Source: Nageia nagi (taxonomy: Eukaryota > Plantae > Pinophyta). Taken from it: a stretch of DNA of 64,000 nt. Within the stretch, counting starts at the first letter, position 1. Each line of letters begins with the position of its first letter. The notes below the pieces were generated by a model that saw only the letters and a program-made list of their open reading frames with translations, was not told where the DNA came from and made no database searches. The stretch lies in the NCBI GenBank assembly GCA_050084985.1, contig JBITNC010000001.1, positions 16,740,001-16,804,000 of the forward strand. Direction: 5' to 3'. Shown piece after piece: positions 1 to 14,728 of the stretch. The position numbers were made by a program, and so were the translations under genes.

Positions 1-2090
1 TTAAATTTTGTAAATTTGATGCTCTTTTTACCAACGTAAATCCGAGAAACAATTCTATCACTAAAAGGATGTTTTAAGCAAAGAAAGAAATCTTCATCAT
101 CACTATTATATCTTGCTTGTTCTAATTTTTCTAACCTTTCCTCTAATTGTTTATGAAGATTGGATGGAGGCACAGGAGTCATTTGGGCATTTTGGGGTTA
201 TGTATTTGCTTGTTGAGGTGGGGGTGTATTGGTTGGATGGGATAGATTTATAGATTGGTTACCATTGGGGGTGGTGGAGGGGATTGAGGAGGGTTTAAAG
301 GCTATGAATAATTTTGGGGATTTGAAGGTTGTTGGGTAGGGATACCGATGATTTTCTTTAATTCTGCTTCTTTTAGTTTTAAAAATGAGCCAATTCTATT
401 AGTCCACTGTTCTTCTATATTATCTAATCAGTAACATATGAAATCAAATTGTTGATCATTGGCACCTTTTTGGAAATCATTTGACTCCTGTGCCTCTAAT
501 AGGATATCAATTTTAATTTCATGTTTCTCTTGTGTCCAACTAGTTTTCTTTTCATAGGCCTTATTTATTAGAGCATTAATTTGATCATATACATTTTCAA
601 GTTTTTGAAATTTAGTTGCAATGGCCTTACCTTTATCAAGCATACCTAATTTTTGCCATTCATCAGTATCCGTATGACTTCATTGAGTTTTATCTTCCCT
701 TTTAGAATGTTCTTCATCTAGTTTCATTTTTGGATAAACTTAAGATTCTACCTCAACGGCATACATGTTGTGCGAGTAAGTAGGCATGCTGTTGATATCC
801 TTAATTTTTCTATTTGACTTCCTTATTTTTGATGATTCTACATTTTCATAATGAAATAATGAATCTGAAGAAAGTAGAGTACTTGGCTATGATTCTAATA
901 GCTCATGTTTTGTTAAAATATTCATAATATTTTCAGCATTGTTAGTAACAAAATATTCCATTCTATCACATGATCCATTAGTTCCTTTATAGATCTAATA
1001 TTGTTAGGAATAACATCAAGATCATTAGCATTGAATCCACTCTTAGAAGTATTAGCAAAGGTTTCTTGATTTACACTTTCAAAATCCCCATAAAAAAATC
1101 CATGTTAAATTTGTTAAGGGTTTGGCCAATAATATTCATTCGATAACTAGAGTTAACAGATTTAGACTCTTCTTCATCAGTATCTATTCGATTAGGTGGA
1201 TGATGTTTGAAGAGTTAGGAGGTATATTAGGATTAATCCTAACACTCCTAATTTTTTTGAAATGATCCTTCCCTTTAGATATTTTAGTTTGTTCTTTGAT
1301 GAAAAATATTTTTGGGATAAATGAGGAAAAACCTTAGTTTTATCATTTTGATGTGCAACTACCCTAATAACATATAGTAAATTTAAGAAGAGTAATGCAA
1401 ATGGAATCATGACTCACTTTGAAGAAGGATGCCCTAAAGGGAAACTTACATGTGTAGGAACGATTGGGTTCACCAGAAATTTAGATAGTAAATTATGTAA
1501 ATAATAAATATAAACACAAAATAAATCCACAAAGATAGCACTTATTTAAATATAATGATAAATAAATGAAAAGTGTGAACCTAATTATGATAAGGTAATC
1601 CTTAGGGTATGGTAGGGATATATGGAGGACTAGATCAGATCAGAGGTGAGCATGCAAATGATAATGAATGGTATAGACTAGCATTTGTCACCTCCTTTGT
1701 TTGTAGCTTAGGATCATGAAGTCGCATGCTCTTAGCGATGTACAAACTCTATAGTGTGGATGTCATAAAACCTATAAAATTAGATAGTGCACAAAATATA
1801 ACGCGTAATAATATCTCATAACAAATAAATATTCCAATAGGTGGTGTTAAGAGACACCATAAGTATGATGTATGGGAAAACCATATATCGAAGAGATCTG
1901 ATAGGGATGTTAACCTCCAACTCTTGTATTTATAACCTGCAAGGAAATAGAAATAAGTGAAAGTCGACTCATAGCAATAATATAATCATTGTTATATTCA
2001 AGATATTTTAAAATATGAACCATGGTAAATAATATAGCATTTAATATAACACATGGCATTGCATTATAGTATCAAATTTACATTGGCATT
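1..2090 (-). mobile_element. Degenerate 5' part of a Gypsy-type LTR retrotransposon (LTR-like region, PBS, decayed gag region); runs off the left edge
   Basis: ttgggttcacca at 1464-1475 reads TGGTGAACCCAA on the minus strand, a PBS matching the 3' end of plant tRNA-Trp. Decayed coiled-coil and Pro-rich coding remnants lie on the minus strand at 170-1400. Boundaries are approximate. Confidence 0.5.
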
Positions 2091-2395
2091 TGTAATATTG
2101 CTTTTAGTACTTTTAGAAAAATCTAAAATATTTAATAAATCATTTTTATGTGTCTACACCCAATGTTAACCATTTCAAAAATTTTGGTTGCTTAGCTTAT
2201 GCACATGTGGCTGATGAATTTAGAAAGAAGGTTGATCTTAAGAGTGAAAAAATTATTTTTATTATTTTTTGTGAGAAAACTAATGCCTAGAGGATTTATA
2301 ATCCAAAACTCACAAAGTGGTGGTATCTAGAGATATAATTTTTGATAAAGGGGTAATATATGGTCATCAAAAACTTTATGTTGATAATGGAATAT

Positions 2396-3451
2396 TGATC
2401 CAAAATTTGGATCCTCTCTGAATTTAGCAACATCATATTCAGAGTGTTCAACATGTTTAGTTTTTCTTCAACTTTTCGATGCTTCCTTCGGATTGAAAAT
2501 CTGATTCAGTTTGAGGGAGATATGTGATTTCTAAGTTTGAGTATTTTTTTATTAAAAAATACAAGAAAAAAAAAGAAAAAAAGTATTTTTCAAGTTCCTA
2601 TTTATGTTTATTTTATTACATCATGTTGTATAGCTCATTTTCCTCTTTTCAAAACCTTTTACGATTCATGAAACTGACTTCATGATCAAAAGTTATTGCA
2701 TTTTGAAGTATGCAACTTTTATAATGAAATGGGGGGCATTTGGAGGCCAAATTGCGTGGGGGCATTTTGGAGGCTAGATTACAAGCCCCTAGGTGGCACC
2801 ATATTATTGGATCTGCCCAAATTATTTATGTTTGCATGTATTTTATGGTTACTAAGGTGTTAGTTTTATTTTTAATTGATTATTTAGCCTAAAATTGGGC
2901 TGAAGTTATTTTGCAAGTCTGTACCAACTAAAGAGCATTATTTTTTGTCTTCGTAGGCTCACATTTGGAGATTGGCTCAATCATTTGAGCCCAAATTTGA
3001 ACTGAAGATAGAGGAGTCAAATGGGTATCTAGAAATATTATTTTTGTGGTTACTTCCTAGTTATAAAATACTCCAAAATTGAGGCCAAATTTTGTTATAA
3101 AAAAGGAAAATTTGGATGTGTTCAAGAGGAAGTAATTTTGGAGAGTTGAGTTCAGTATTTTGTGTTTTTCAGAGTTATATTTTGTATTTGAATGTGAGAA
3201 GAAGTGTTGGAGGACTATTGAGGTCACTGTACATTATTCCACCTAGTGATTGAAAAGACCTTTTATTGTTGGATGTAGCCCACCTCGGGTGAACCAGGGT
3301 AAATTATCTTATCTTTGTATGGTTATGAATATTGCTCTTCTCTGGTTTTTCATTTTAATTATTTGAAACTTCCATTTGAAAGCAATTAAAAGTGTGGAAA
3401 GATCCTTGGGAAGGATTAAAGAGAATTTTTAATCTTTTAGATTATGGATCA
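2396..3451 (+). repeat. 5' LTR of the RT-less Gypsy element
   Basis: TG...CA ends; direct repeat of 14729-15782. Confidence 0.9.
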
Positions 3452-6355
3452 TGGTTGGTATTAGAGCAATTGATTATTTGGGATTTAACCTGTGTTTTTG
3501 TGAGATTGTTGTTGGGTGTTGTGAAATTATTCTTGCATGAATACCAAATCACAAAGTAAGAGAGGATAAGGGGATATTATGGAAGGAGATACAGAAACTG
3601 GTTTCAAGAGTTGGTTGAAGAAGCAAAGAGAGCTTGCAACCATGATCAGTGAAGGTAGAACTAATATGGAGAAACAAATTGTTGATCTTTCAACAATGTT
3701 ACAAAAAAAATCTCTACAATTCCAACATTTTCAAGAACAACAATATAAGAAAACTAAAGGTGAAATAAGTGAAGGTAACAAGTTAAATAATGAGAGTACA
3801 AATAATGTTTTTGCAAGTTCTCCTTTAAAATTAAAAGTTAAATTTGATTTGCGTACATTTACTATTGAAGTAAATGCTGAAAGGTTAGACCATTGGATAA
3901 AGCAAATTGAGGTTTATTATAGAATACAACATATTGTAAAAGATAAGGATAAAATTTAGTTAACAACTCTTAAAATGAGTTGTACTGCACTTCTTTGGTG
4001 GAAAAGTCATTTACAAAGTGAGAATGAATCATTTAATGTTTGTGTTGCTTCTTGAACTCATTTTGTACAATTGCTTAGAGATCAATTTTATCCATTGGGC
4101 TATTGTTAAAAAGCAGTTATAGAATGGCAAAGTTTTCGATAAGGAAAAGGATAAAGTGTGCAAGAATACACTACAAAGTTTCAAAAAAGAGCTACAGTGC
4201 TAGGTATTTCTCTTGATTCCCAAGATACTTTTCTTAAGTATATTGGTGGTTTGCACAATTATTTGAAGCATACATTGTTGATGTTTGATCCAACTGAATT
4301 AGATAAAGTTTGTGTTCAAGCTACACACTTAAAAAAAGGAGAAAATTTATACAGGATGGAAAAAAGAAAAATGCTTCTAATACTAATGATAATGAATAGA
4401 ATAAAGAAAAGGGGAAAGACAAAAAGAAAACTACATCTACTGCACAAAAAGAAAAATCCAAAGATGTATGTACTCATTGTAAGAAAGAAGGTCATTTACA
4501 AGTTAAATGTTGGAAATTGCATCTTGAATTATGCCCTAAATCTAAAGGTAAAAAGAAATAAGTAACTACTATTGCAAAAAAAGTAGAAGATGGTTTTGAT
4601 GTAGATGAGAAAATGTCATGCATGGTCTTGCATAATACACTTAATGAAGATGTAAACAAAAAATTGAACTTTTTCACATCAAAGTACAAGCTAAGAAACT
4701 AAGGATTGATACATTGTTTGATCCTGGTTCACAAGCTAACTTGATTGTTGAGGAATATGAAAGATCACTTGCACTCACTACTCAACCACATCCACACCCA
4801 TATCCATTGGAATGGGTTCATAAAAAGTCCAAGTTAGAGGTAACTCAACAATGCAAATTGAAGTTTGGAGTTAATAGGGATTTCATTGATGAAGTTTTAC
4901 GTGATGTTGTTCCTTTAGATATTTATGGGATTGTGCTTGGAAGTCCTTATCTATGGGATAAAGATGTTTTATTTTATAGAAAGAAAAATAAATATAAACT
5001 CATTAAGGATGGAATTGAATATATGGTTAGTGCTCATTAAAATAAGAAAAATAATATTTCTTTGATTATTACAGGATAAGAAAAGAGATAATAATACATA
5101 CAGATCATCAACCCTTACAGTATTTACAATCACAATCTAAATTACAACAATCAAGATATTTTCATTGGATGGGATTTTTGCAACAATTTCATTTGATATT
5201 AGACCACCAATAGTTGCAACTGTTGTAATTCTATAACATAGTTCTTTGATGTATGAGGGTTATAAAGAACAATACGTTGATGATCCTAATTTTCAAAATA
5301 TTTATCATAAATTGAGTCTTGTTAATGAAAATGTGTTGGAATGTATAATGCATTATTGTAAAGGTTTTGTAATAATCTTCTATGTAAGTTCACTAATACT
5401 TAAGGGTATCATTTGATACTTTAAGTATTTAAGTGAATATGATAATGTAACTTGTCCTACACTCCATGTCATGAGCATGCCCTTTGGGTAAAAGGATGTG
5501 CATGTCATGCTTTTGTAAATTGGATAAAAAGGTGATCCAAAGAGGGATTTTGGCCTATAAATAGAAGGCTCCCTCTTTGTGATCATATACCAATTTATGG
5601 AGTAAAGTTATGATAGTGGATAGTGTTTAGGAGTTGAGTTTAGAAAGTTTGTAAGAGTTCATATTTATGATTAAGTAAGATCTAGTTAGTGGATGTACTC
5701 CTAGTTGGAAGAACCACTTATATCTTGTGTTATCTTTGTGAGATTGCTTTGTGAGTTTTTTAGATGTGATTTGTGAGCTTACATGTGATCTTGGGAGTTT
5801 AGAGTTGTTTAGTTTATACTTCAATTCTCACATTTGGTACCAAAGCTCCTTGGAGGCTCTTCTCTACATCCTTGGTTTGGTGACTCTTCTTCAATTTTTG
5901 AGGTTCTTCATCGTTGTTCATCATTTTTGAAGGTTTACTCCTCTTGTTTTAGGTAAAATAATTTAGAGGTATAACCCCCTATCCTTGTTTATTCATTTAG
6001 AAACTAACATTCTTTTGTGATTATGTTAGTTCAACTCCTAGATATCAATACCTCAATAACTTAATATATTATTGCTCAGTTTGTTTGATCTACTAACAAA
6101 TTTCTATGATGGGTAATAATACATGAGGCAAAATATGCAATTTGATACTAATTTTTGGTTAGTTTTTTTTTGCAATTTGCTTAATATCACAATGAATTGT
6201 TGTGATTAAAAAAAAAAAAACATTTTATGCTAGTTATCTTTTTTTGGAGCAAAATAAACTTTTCAAAATAACAACAATTTATTAGTCTATAAATCTTTGT
6301 CACAAAATTTGTGTACAAAAGTGACAAGTTTACTTTTTTTACTTTTGCATCAAAG

Positions 6356-6356
<1 letters not shown>

Positions 6357-6401
<45 letters not shown>
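6357..6401. repeat. (TA)n microsatellite in the Copia leader
   Basis: About 22 TA units seen directly. Confidence 0.95.
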
Positions 6402-6404
<3 letters not shown>

Positions 6405-7047
6405 TATAATATACAAAATCAAGAAGAAATATTACCATTTTTACAAGGTTTAATTAATACCTTGCATCTTCTAAATGGGAGGTATACTTTGTATTAAATC
6501 TTTATTTCAAGTTTTTTTTTTCAAATAAATTTTGAAAGGGTATCTCTAAATTTACATTTTTTATGGCTATCTCTAACAATATTGACGCCCTCTGCTGCTG
6601 TCTCGCCTCTTCTACTCCATGGGCTCTTTGTGGGTATTTGGTAGAGGCAACCTTTTTTGTTGTGTCTCTTGGTACGTGCAGCTGCAAACAAGAAAACCCC
6701 TCCTGTTGTTTTCCCATCTCTCTCCTCTCCTGTGCCTCCCTACTCAACCTCACGTCTGCCTATTTCTCTGCTCTTGTTTCTAACGCTCTGTTTGTTCTTT
6801 CCACGCAAGTCAGGCTTGCTTCTTTCTTCTCCTCATCAATTCTTTTGGGTACGTTTTTTTCAGTGCACGTATGAGGAATTTTTTTCAGAGGCAATGTTTT
6901 GCTACTTACTAAAAGTTTTTAATACTTATAAATATAAAAATAGTTGTATACTAAGTAAGCTATCCTTAAGATAAAACTTTAAGTAAAAGAGGGGGAATTT
7001 ATATTTCTTTAACTTAATTTTTTTCTATTATACATATTCTTTTTTAA

Positions 7048-7355
7048 AAGTTAAAATAATGCATGCTTATGATTAGTACTTATGCTTAGTATTTAAACTT
7101 TTAAGTTAAAATGATACATACTTGTGCTTAGCATTTAAATTTTTTGAAGTTAAAATAATGCATGCTTATGATTAGTAGTTATGCTTAGTACATAAATTTT
7201 TAAATTAAAATGATGCATGCTTATGCTTAACGCTTAAATTTTCTAAGTTAAAATGATGCATGCTTATGCGTAGTACTCAAATTTTTTAAGTTAATGATAC
7301 ATGCTTAGAATTTAATTTTTTTAGTGATGCATGCTTATTAATTAAAATCTTAAGT
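7048..7355. repeat. Tandem array of about 40-55 bp units (aagttaaaatgatgcatgcttatgcttag...) in the Copia leader
   Basis: About 7 degenerate copies seen directly. Confidence 0.85.
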
Positions 7356-10300
7356 TATGATGGTCTTGTGCAAAATTAGGAACGATGTAAAAGATGTCCT
7401 TTAGGGGTTGGTAAATAAAACCCATTGGACACTTACATTTCAAATTGAATGGATGATGTTTAACTTATGCTTTTTTACTTCATGTTTCGCATTTCATTTT
7501 ATTTACTTATGTAAATAAAAACATAAACATTAAATGAGCAACCCTCTAAAATGAACACATCTGCACATACATTTCGCAACATGACTTCTTTAGAGAGCCA
7601 TGAGGTGAGGATAGGCGAACCGGAGCCTTTAAGTATGATGATCCAAATGGTGAAAAGTTTATACTTCTTAATTGCCCTTAAGTTTTCTATTGGTCTAGAA
7701 ATAACTTCAATAGATGGATAGGCATGTGTATAGTGATACCACATGTCCACACATCCATTTAGGGATTATCTTAATAACCTAGGAGGATAACTTGAAACCT
7801 AATCAAGATTAATAATTTAGTCGATCCAATATACATCATAACTTTGAAAAATAGTAGGTACTTCTTCTTATGAGAGTATAATACTGACCAAGGTAAACTG
7901 GTTGAGGATTGGTAGTACTTGGACTCCTTTTGTGTGGGCATCTAGGTGAAGGTCTAATTTTAGATAAAAAAATAAGCTTCAACAATATCACTCTACATAT
8001 ACGGTTCTTGAGATGAGAAATGTATTTGAGTACATGGGTTATTATTTGAGTTGTAAAATATTTGCACTAGTGAATCAAATCAAGCATGTCTTAGTTAATT
8101 AAATGAAACATGTATTACTTGGTTAAAACTTAACATATAATGTTATTTATTGAATCACATGCTTATTATTTTTCACATTCTTATGTAGCAAATGGAAGAC
8201 TCTTTTTTACACAAACACATTCTTGATGGTTCCAACTTTGGGATTTAAGAACCTTAGATGAGAGCTGAGTTGTAGGCAAGGAAGCTTTGGCAAGCAATGA
8301 ATAAAAATCTTGTACCTTCTAAAAATAAGAAAGCACTTGAGACTTACAACACTAAGAATGATTTGGCTACCTCTATGATTTTTCATGCAGTTTTAGATGA
8401 TATGCTCTTTATGATTTCATCCTCAACCTTGGTAAAAAAAAGCTTAGGATAAGCTTAAGTAAATCTACCTTAGATCTAAGTTTTATAGAAGGTTTACTAT
8501 TCTCCAAAATTTGCTTCAATCTCGTCAAGGGAAAAATGAAAATATTTCCATCTACTTGAATAAAATCATTGACCTAAGGACCTAACTTATTGCTTATGGA
8601 TGCGATTGGATCAATGATGAGTTCATAGTCTTCATCATTCTTGAAAGCCTTTCTTCAAATTTTTGAAACTTTATGATGGTTATGGAAATAAAGCTTAATG
8701 ATGAAGAAGAAGTCTTCTCCCTTGAGAACCTTTCTAGGCTCCTTTTGAAGCATAAGGAACTCTTAACAAAAATGTGTTGATTTCTTTTTTAAAAGATAAT
8801 AACTTTTCTTTTGGAGCAACCAAAACTCCTTTCAAGAAGAAGTTCAATCTTCATAAGAAATCTTATCCTTTTTTCTCCAAAAAGTTTGAGAAAAGAGGCA
8901 ACGATAATAATAGGAACAACATCAACAACAGCAAGAATAATGGTCACAAAAATCACATCAAGTAAAGTGATAGAAAGGTCAAAGTAAATAATCTAAATCC
9001 TAAGGTAAAGTTTGATAGAAATTGTAACTATTATGGCCTTCAAGGTCATAAAGAAATTAATTTCTATAAAAATAAAAGAGAAGAAAAGAACAAAGGTAAT
9101 AGAAATGTAAAGAAATTCAAAGAAAAAAAAAATATTCAAGCTGATTTTGCCATGGTGCTCTACTTCATGTCTCGTATTTTTTCATTTGATTAGATTGTTG
9201 ACTCTAGTTGCACTAATCACCTATGTTTTGAAAGGGAGAAGTTTAAATTGTTTTACAAGTATAGAAAAGATGTGATTGTGATAAGTGATAACTCTATCCT
9301 TGAAGTTTAAAGAATTGAGAGTGTGTTGATTCATAGGAAGGTTTTTGAAAATATGCTCTATGTTCCTAAGCTTAGGATGAACCTTCTCTTTATGATTCAA
9401 GTTACAAAGAAAGGGTACTCATTTGAGTTCAACTCTCAATCTTGGTGCATGAAGAAAGGACTTGATACTTTGGTTAAAGGATTAGTGAAAGATGATTTCT
9501 ACATTGTAGATCAAGTTTTATCAAAGATGTATCTTGCTACAAGTGTGTGTTTTAGAGGTAATCTTTAGTACTAATGTTTAGGGAACCTTAACCATAAGAG
9601 TATTCAAGTCATGAAAGATTAAAAACTTATGAAAGGTTTTTCTTTTATTTTACCTTCAATTGGTCTATGTGAGAAGTGCATCTTTGGTAAGATGCATAGG
9701 TAAAAGTAAAAAAAAAAGGTAACAAGAGCATCTTAACCTCTTCAACTTATGCATTTAGATTTAATGGATCCGTTTCAAACTAAATCGTTTAGAGGAGCAT
9801 CATACATCTTGAATTTTATTGATGAATTTAGTAGGATGACCTTTGGGTATCTACTTGAGCATAAAGATCAAACTTTTGAGAGTTTTAAGGATTTTAATAC
9901 CTTTATTGAGAATCATACTAACCTTAAAATCAAGATGTTGAGATCAAATAATGGGGGAGAATATAACAACAATGAGTTCAATGACTATTATGCTAAGTAT
10001 GGAATCAAGAGGTAGTTTACAATTCTTTACACTCCTCAGCAAAATGGTGTTGCTAAAAAGAAAAATAAGATAATTATGGAAATGGTTAGATACATGTTAG
10101 GTAATCTTCTTAGTTTTTTATGGGGTGAAGTTGTGACCATTGCTATTTACACCTTAAATAGGTGTCTCACAAAATTCGCTTAGAGAAAAAATCCTTTTGA
10201 GGTATGATCAAGAAGAAAACCTAACATTTATCAAATTAAGGTGTTTGGGTATGAAGCATTCTCCTACATTATTTCTGAGAAAAGAAAAAAGTTAGACAAA

Positions 10301-13300
10301 AAAGCATAGAGGCTACAAGTTCTACTCTCCATCCTATAAAGGAGTGTTTCTTTCAAAGTATGTAAAGTTCAATGAACTTCTTAAAGAATCTACTTCTAAT
10401 GAGGATGTTGATGATTTAGATGACTCGATAGTTGCTCTTATCTGGTTGGATATTGATGTAGACAAGTCATCTCAAGAGCAAAATTCTTCAACATAGAGTA
10501 ACAAGGAGCATAATCTTGAACAAATCTTTATTTGCCAAGATTGACAACAAACATGAGCCCTCATCTTTCAAAGATGCTTCTAAGCATGAGTGTTGGTGGA
10601 AGCCATGAAATTTGAGTATAATATGCTTATGAAAAATGAAATATGGGATTTGGTTCTTTATCCCAATGAGAAGAATATGATTAATAATAAACGGATCTAC
10701 AAGATCAAGTTTAATTTAGTTGGAGATATTAAGAAATATAAGGTAAGGTTAGTAGCTAAAAGTTTTGCTCAGAAATATGATGTAGATTATAAGAATACCT
10801 TTGCTCTCATGGTAAATATGCCTACTATTAGGATTATCATTTCTCTTTCTATAACTCAAGGATGAAAAGTTTTTCAACTTGACGTTAAGAGTGCATTTGT
10901 TAATGGTGACTTAGATGTGAAAATCTTCATGAATCAATTAGAAGGGTTTATTATGGAAGGCAAAAAATCCTTTGTGTGCAAGCTAAAGAAGTCATTATAT
11001 AGACTTAAGCAAGCACCTAGATCCTGGTATAGAAAGATTTCAAGGTACTTTGCAAATATTAGATTCTCCAAGTATTTTTCTAATTTCGATCTATATGTGC
11101 TTAGTTAAGAAAAAGTTATAGTCTTAATTCTCATTTATGTGGATGATCTTTTGGTTTCTAAGAGCAATGATGAAATTATTCAAGAGTGCATATCTAAACT
11201 TGAGGTAACATTTGAAATGACTGATCTTGGTCTCTTGCACTACTACCTTGGAATGCAAGTATACCAATATAAAACTTGCACTTATCTTAGTCAAACTAAG
11301 TATATATCAGACATCTTGTAAAAATTTAAAATGGAGAAGCGTAGATATGTTGCTATCCCATTCTCTCCTAGAATCACTATTTCTTTGAGCCCCAACTCTT
11401 AGTTAGTTGATGCTACAGCTTATAGGTATTAATTGGTAGTATTTTATATTTGACTATTTTAAGCTAGATATTACCTTTGCAGTGAATCTAATGGTATAAT
11501 TCATGCAAAAACCATATGTTGAACACCTCAATGTTGTTGAGTAAATCTTGAGGTATGTTATAGGGATGAAGGATATTACTCTCAAGTATTCTAAGTTACC
11601 CTCATTTATTCTCTCAGGGTTCTTCGATTCTGATTATAGGGGAGATAAAGATGATAGAAAATCAACCTCTACATATGTTTTTAGCATTGGTTCAAGTGCT
11701 ATCTCTTGAACTTCCAAGAAGCAACCTACTTTTCTCTTTCTACCATAGAAGTTAAATATCGAGCCATGTCTGTTGTAGCCCAGGAAGTTATTTAGCTAAG
11801 ACATATTTTGAAAGAAATTGGATAGGACCAACCTGGCCCATCTTTGATTTCTTCATACAATCAGTTGGCTATTTCTTTGGATAAGAATCCTGTGTTCCAT
11901 CAGAGAATAAAACATATGGAAATCTAGGCCCATTTTACCAAGAAGAAGGTTCTTGATGGCATCATACACCTGAAGTATTGTCCATCCACCTTGAACTCCA
12001 CTTATTTGTTCACTAAGCCCCTCCCAAAAACTCAATTTTGTAAGCTTAAGGATGCTATTGGGTTGGTGAAGTTACCCTCAAGGGGGAGTAAAGTTTAAAT
12101 TCTTATGTTGAATACATATTTGTGATGATAACTTTACCCCTAGGAGGACTGTCTGTTGTATAGTGTTGATTTTGTTGTACACCTTCATGGTAAGTTTGCT
12201 CTACGTGAAGAACTTGTATAATTATTTAGAGCAAAATATTAGCCAATGTAGCACTGTTCAGTTATCCATATGTGAGAAAATCTTATGTGTTTTTAGCACT
12301 GATTAGTTATCCATATGTGAGGAACTCATATGTGCATTTTGTTATGCTCTCTTTTTTAATGATAATCAACACATGTTGTATATATAATAGGTGACTATGA
12401 GTTTTACACTAACATCTTCATGATGACTTATAGTGCACCATTGATAACTTTATGATGGCATTTGTTTATTCATCTATCCTTGTTGATATGAATATCTTAC
12501 ATCTAATTGATCTTATTATTTGAGTTGCTTATGACTTGCAGGTTCCTTTGAGATTGCAAGTTACTTACTTTGGATATGCAGGCTCTTGGAGACTCTTCAT
12601 GACTTCCAATTGGATGACTACTTCATGTACATTGAAATCGATTGTGGTTAATGATTGTAATTGGCAAAGTAGTGAGTCTCAAACTAGATCTTTTTTACTT
12701 CATAAATATGTAAAAAGTTCTCATATTTGTTGTATCTGTTTGGAGAAGAACTCTCTTACTTTTTCTCTTCCTTCTCTCTTATTTGCTCTATCTCAATATT
12801 GCATTAAGGAGGAGTGTTGGAATGTATAATGCATTATTGTAAAGGTTTTGTAATAATATTTTATGTAAGTTCACTAATACTTAAGGGTATCATTTGATAC
12901 CTTAAGCATTTAAGTGAATATGATAATGTAACTTGTTCTACACTCCATGTCATGAGCATGCCCTTTGGGTAAAAGGATGTGCATGTCATGCTTATGTACA
13001 TTGGGTAAAAAAGTGATCCAAAGAGGGATTTTGGGCTATAAATAGAAAGCTCCCTCTTTATTATCATTTACCAATTTGTGGAGTAAATTTATGCTAGTGA
13101 GTAGTGTTTAGGAGTTGAGTTTAGAAAGTTTGTAAGAGTTCATATTTGTGATTAAGTAAGATCTAGTTAGTGGATGTACTCCTAGTTGGAGGAACCACTT
13201 ATATCTTGTATTATCTTTGTGATATTGCTTTGTGAGTTTGTTAGATGTGATTTGTGAGCTTACATGTGATCTTGAGAGTTTAGAGTTATTTAGTTTATAC

Positions 13301-14728
13301 TTCAATTCTCACAAAATGGAAATATTGAATTTCATATGCATAATGAATTACTTTATCATTTGGGCAAACTTTGTATTCCAAAAGGTGAGAGGAATGATTT
13401 GATTAAGGAAGCTCACACTTCTCATATTTTAGGACACTTTGGTGTTGGTAAAACTCTTGCTAATTTGCAAAGGTATTATTTTTGGCCTAAAATGCAACAA
13501 AATGTATCCAAGTATATCAAAGGTTGTATGTTATGCAGTGTTAGCAAACCTAGTAATAGGAAGTTGGGTCTTTATATGCTATTGTTTGTTCCTACATGAC
13601 CATGGGAGTGTATTTCTATGGATTTTGTTGGAGGTTTACCTATTTCTAAAAGAGAATATGATTATTTGTATGTGGTTGTAGATCGATTCAGTAAAATGTG
13701 CATATTAATTCCATGTAAAAAGACTATGATAGGTTAAGAAGCAACTAATCTTTTCTTTTCTTATGTGTGGGTACATTTTGGTCTTCCTACTTCTATCATT
13801 TTTGACAGGGATTCTAGGTTTCTTAGCAAATTTTGAACTTCTTTATGGGAAAGGATGGACACTAAGTTAAAGACGAGTACAACTTTTTATCCACAAATAG
13901 ATGGAAAAATAGAAGTGGTAAATAAGATAGTGGTACATATTTTACAAGGTTATTATGGTAAGCATCCAAAGACTTGGGATGAACATTTGAGTTATATACA
14001 ACATTGGATATAATTAGGCTATACACTCTTCTACTAATAAATCTCCTTTTGAGACATGTTTTGGTTATTTACCAAATTCACCTTTTGATATGGCTTTTGC
14101 TTCATCTAGTAATGGAGATACTATTCTTCATAATGAGGAGGAGCGATCAAAGAATTTTATTGAGAGGATCAAGTTGATTCATCAAAAGGTGAAGGAATAG
14201 TTGGAGAAGAGTCAAGCTAAGTACAATGAAAGGCATGATTATCATAGAGTGGATCATAAGTTTCAAGTTGGGGATCCAATATGGCTTCATCTTAGGAAGG
14301 AGAGACAACATGGTAAAGGGAAAAAGTTGAAACCAATAAGGTATGGGCCATTCACTATCATTGGAAAAATGGGTGACAATGCATTTCAGTTAGACCTACC
14401 ACTTATATGTAGATTTATTCTATTGTAAATGTTGAAAATTTCAAATTATACAAACCAAATTGGATTGTAGAAGATGTAGGTACTATGTTACCATTAGTTG
14501 AGGATTTAGCCCTTAAGCACAAGTGTTTTTCTTGAGGATGCAGTATTGGAAAAAAGAAAAGGTCATCTCATAGTGGTGAATATGAGGTGTGGTGTATCGA
14601 AGTGAAGGGCCAACACCCACACAAGGCCAAGTGGTATGTAGTTGATCGGGTGAGGGAGCTCTACCCTCGCCTCATTCCATCATCCTAAATGCTTTTGGGG
14701 TCAAAAGCTCTCTCTCAGTGGGGAGGAA

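Larger units (their letters stand above)
5334..13313 (+). mobile_element. Full-length but degenerate Ty1/Copia element with long 5' leader and long 3' UTR
   Basis: 499-bp LTRs at 5334-5832 and 12815-13313 (about 26 mismatches by eye). Perfect TSD aaatg. PBS tggtaccaaagc at 5835-5846. PPT at 12806-12814. Decayed gag-pol about 8192-12080 with integrase (HLDLMDP, FIDEFSR, SNNGGEY) and RT (LKQAPRSWY, YVDDL). Confidence 0.93.

Noticed and set aside
5380-5824. Paired minus-strand ORFs repeated at 12861-13305
   Set aside because: Chance ORFs within the two LTR copies.
6187-6497. ORFs containing IYIYIY runs
   Set aside because: Translation of the (TA)n microsatellite.
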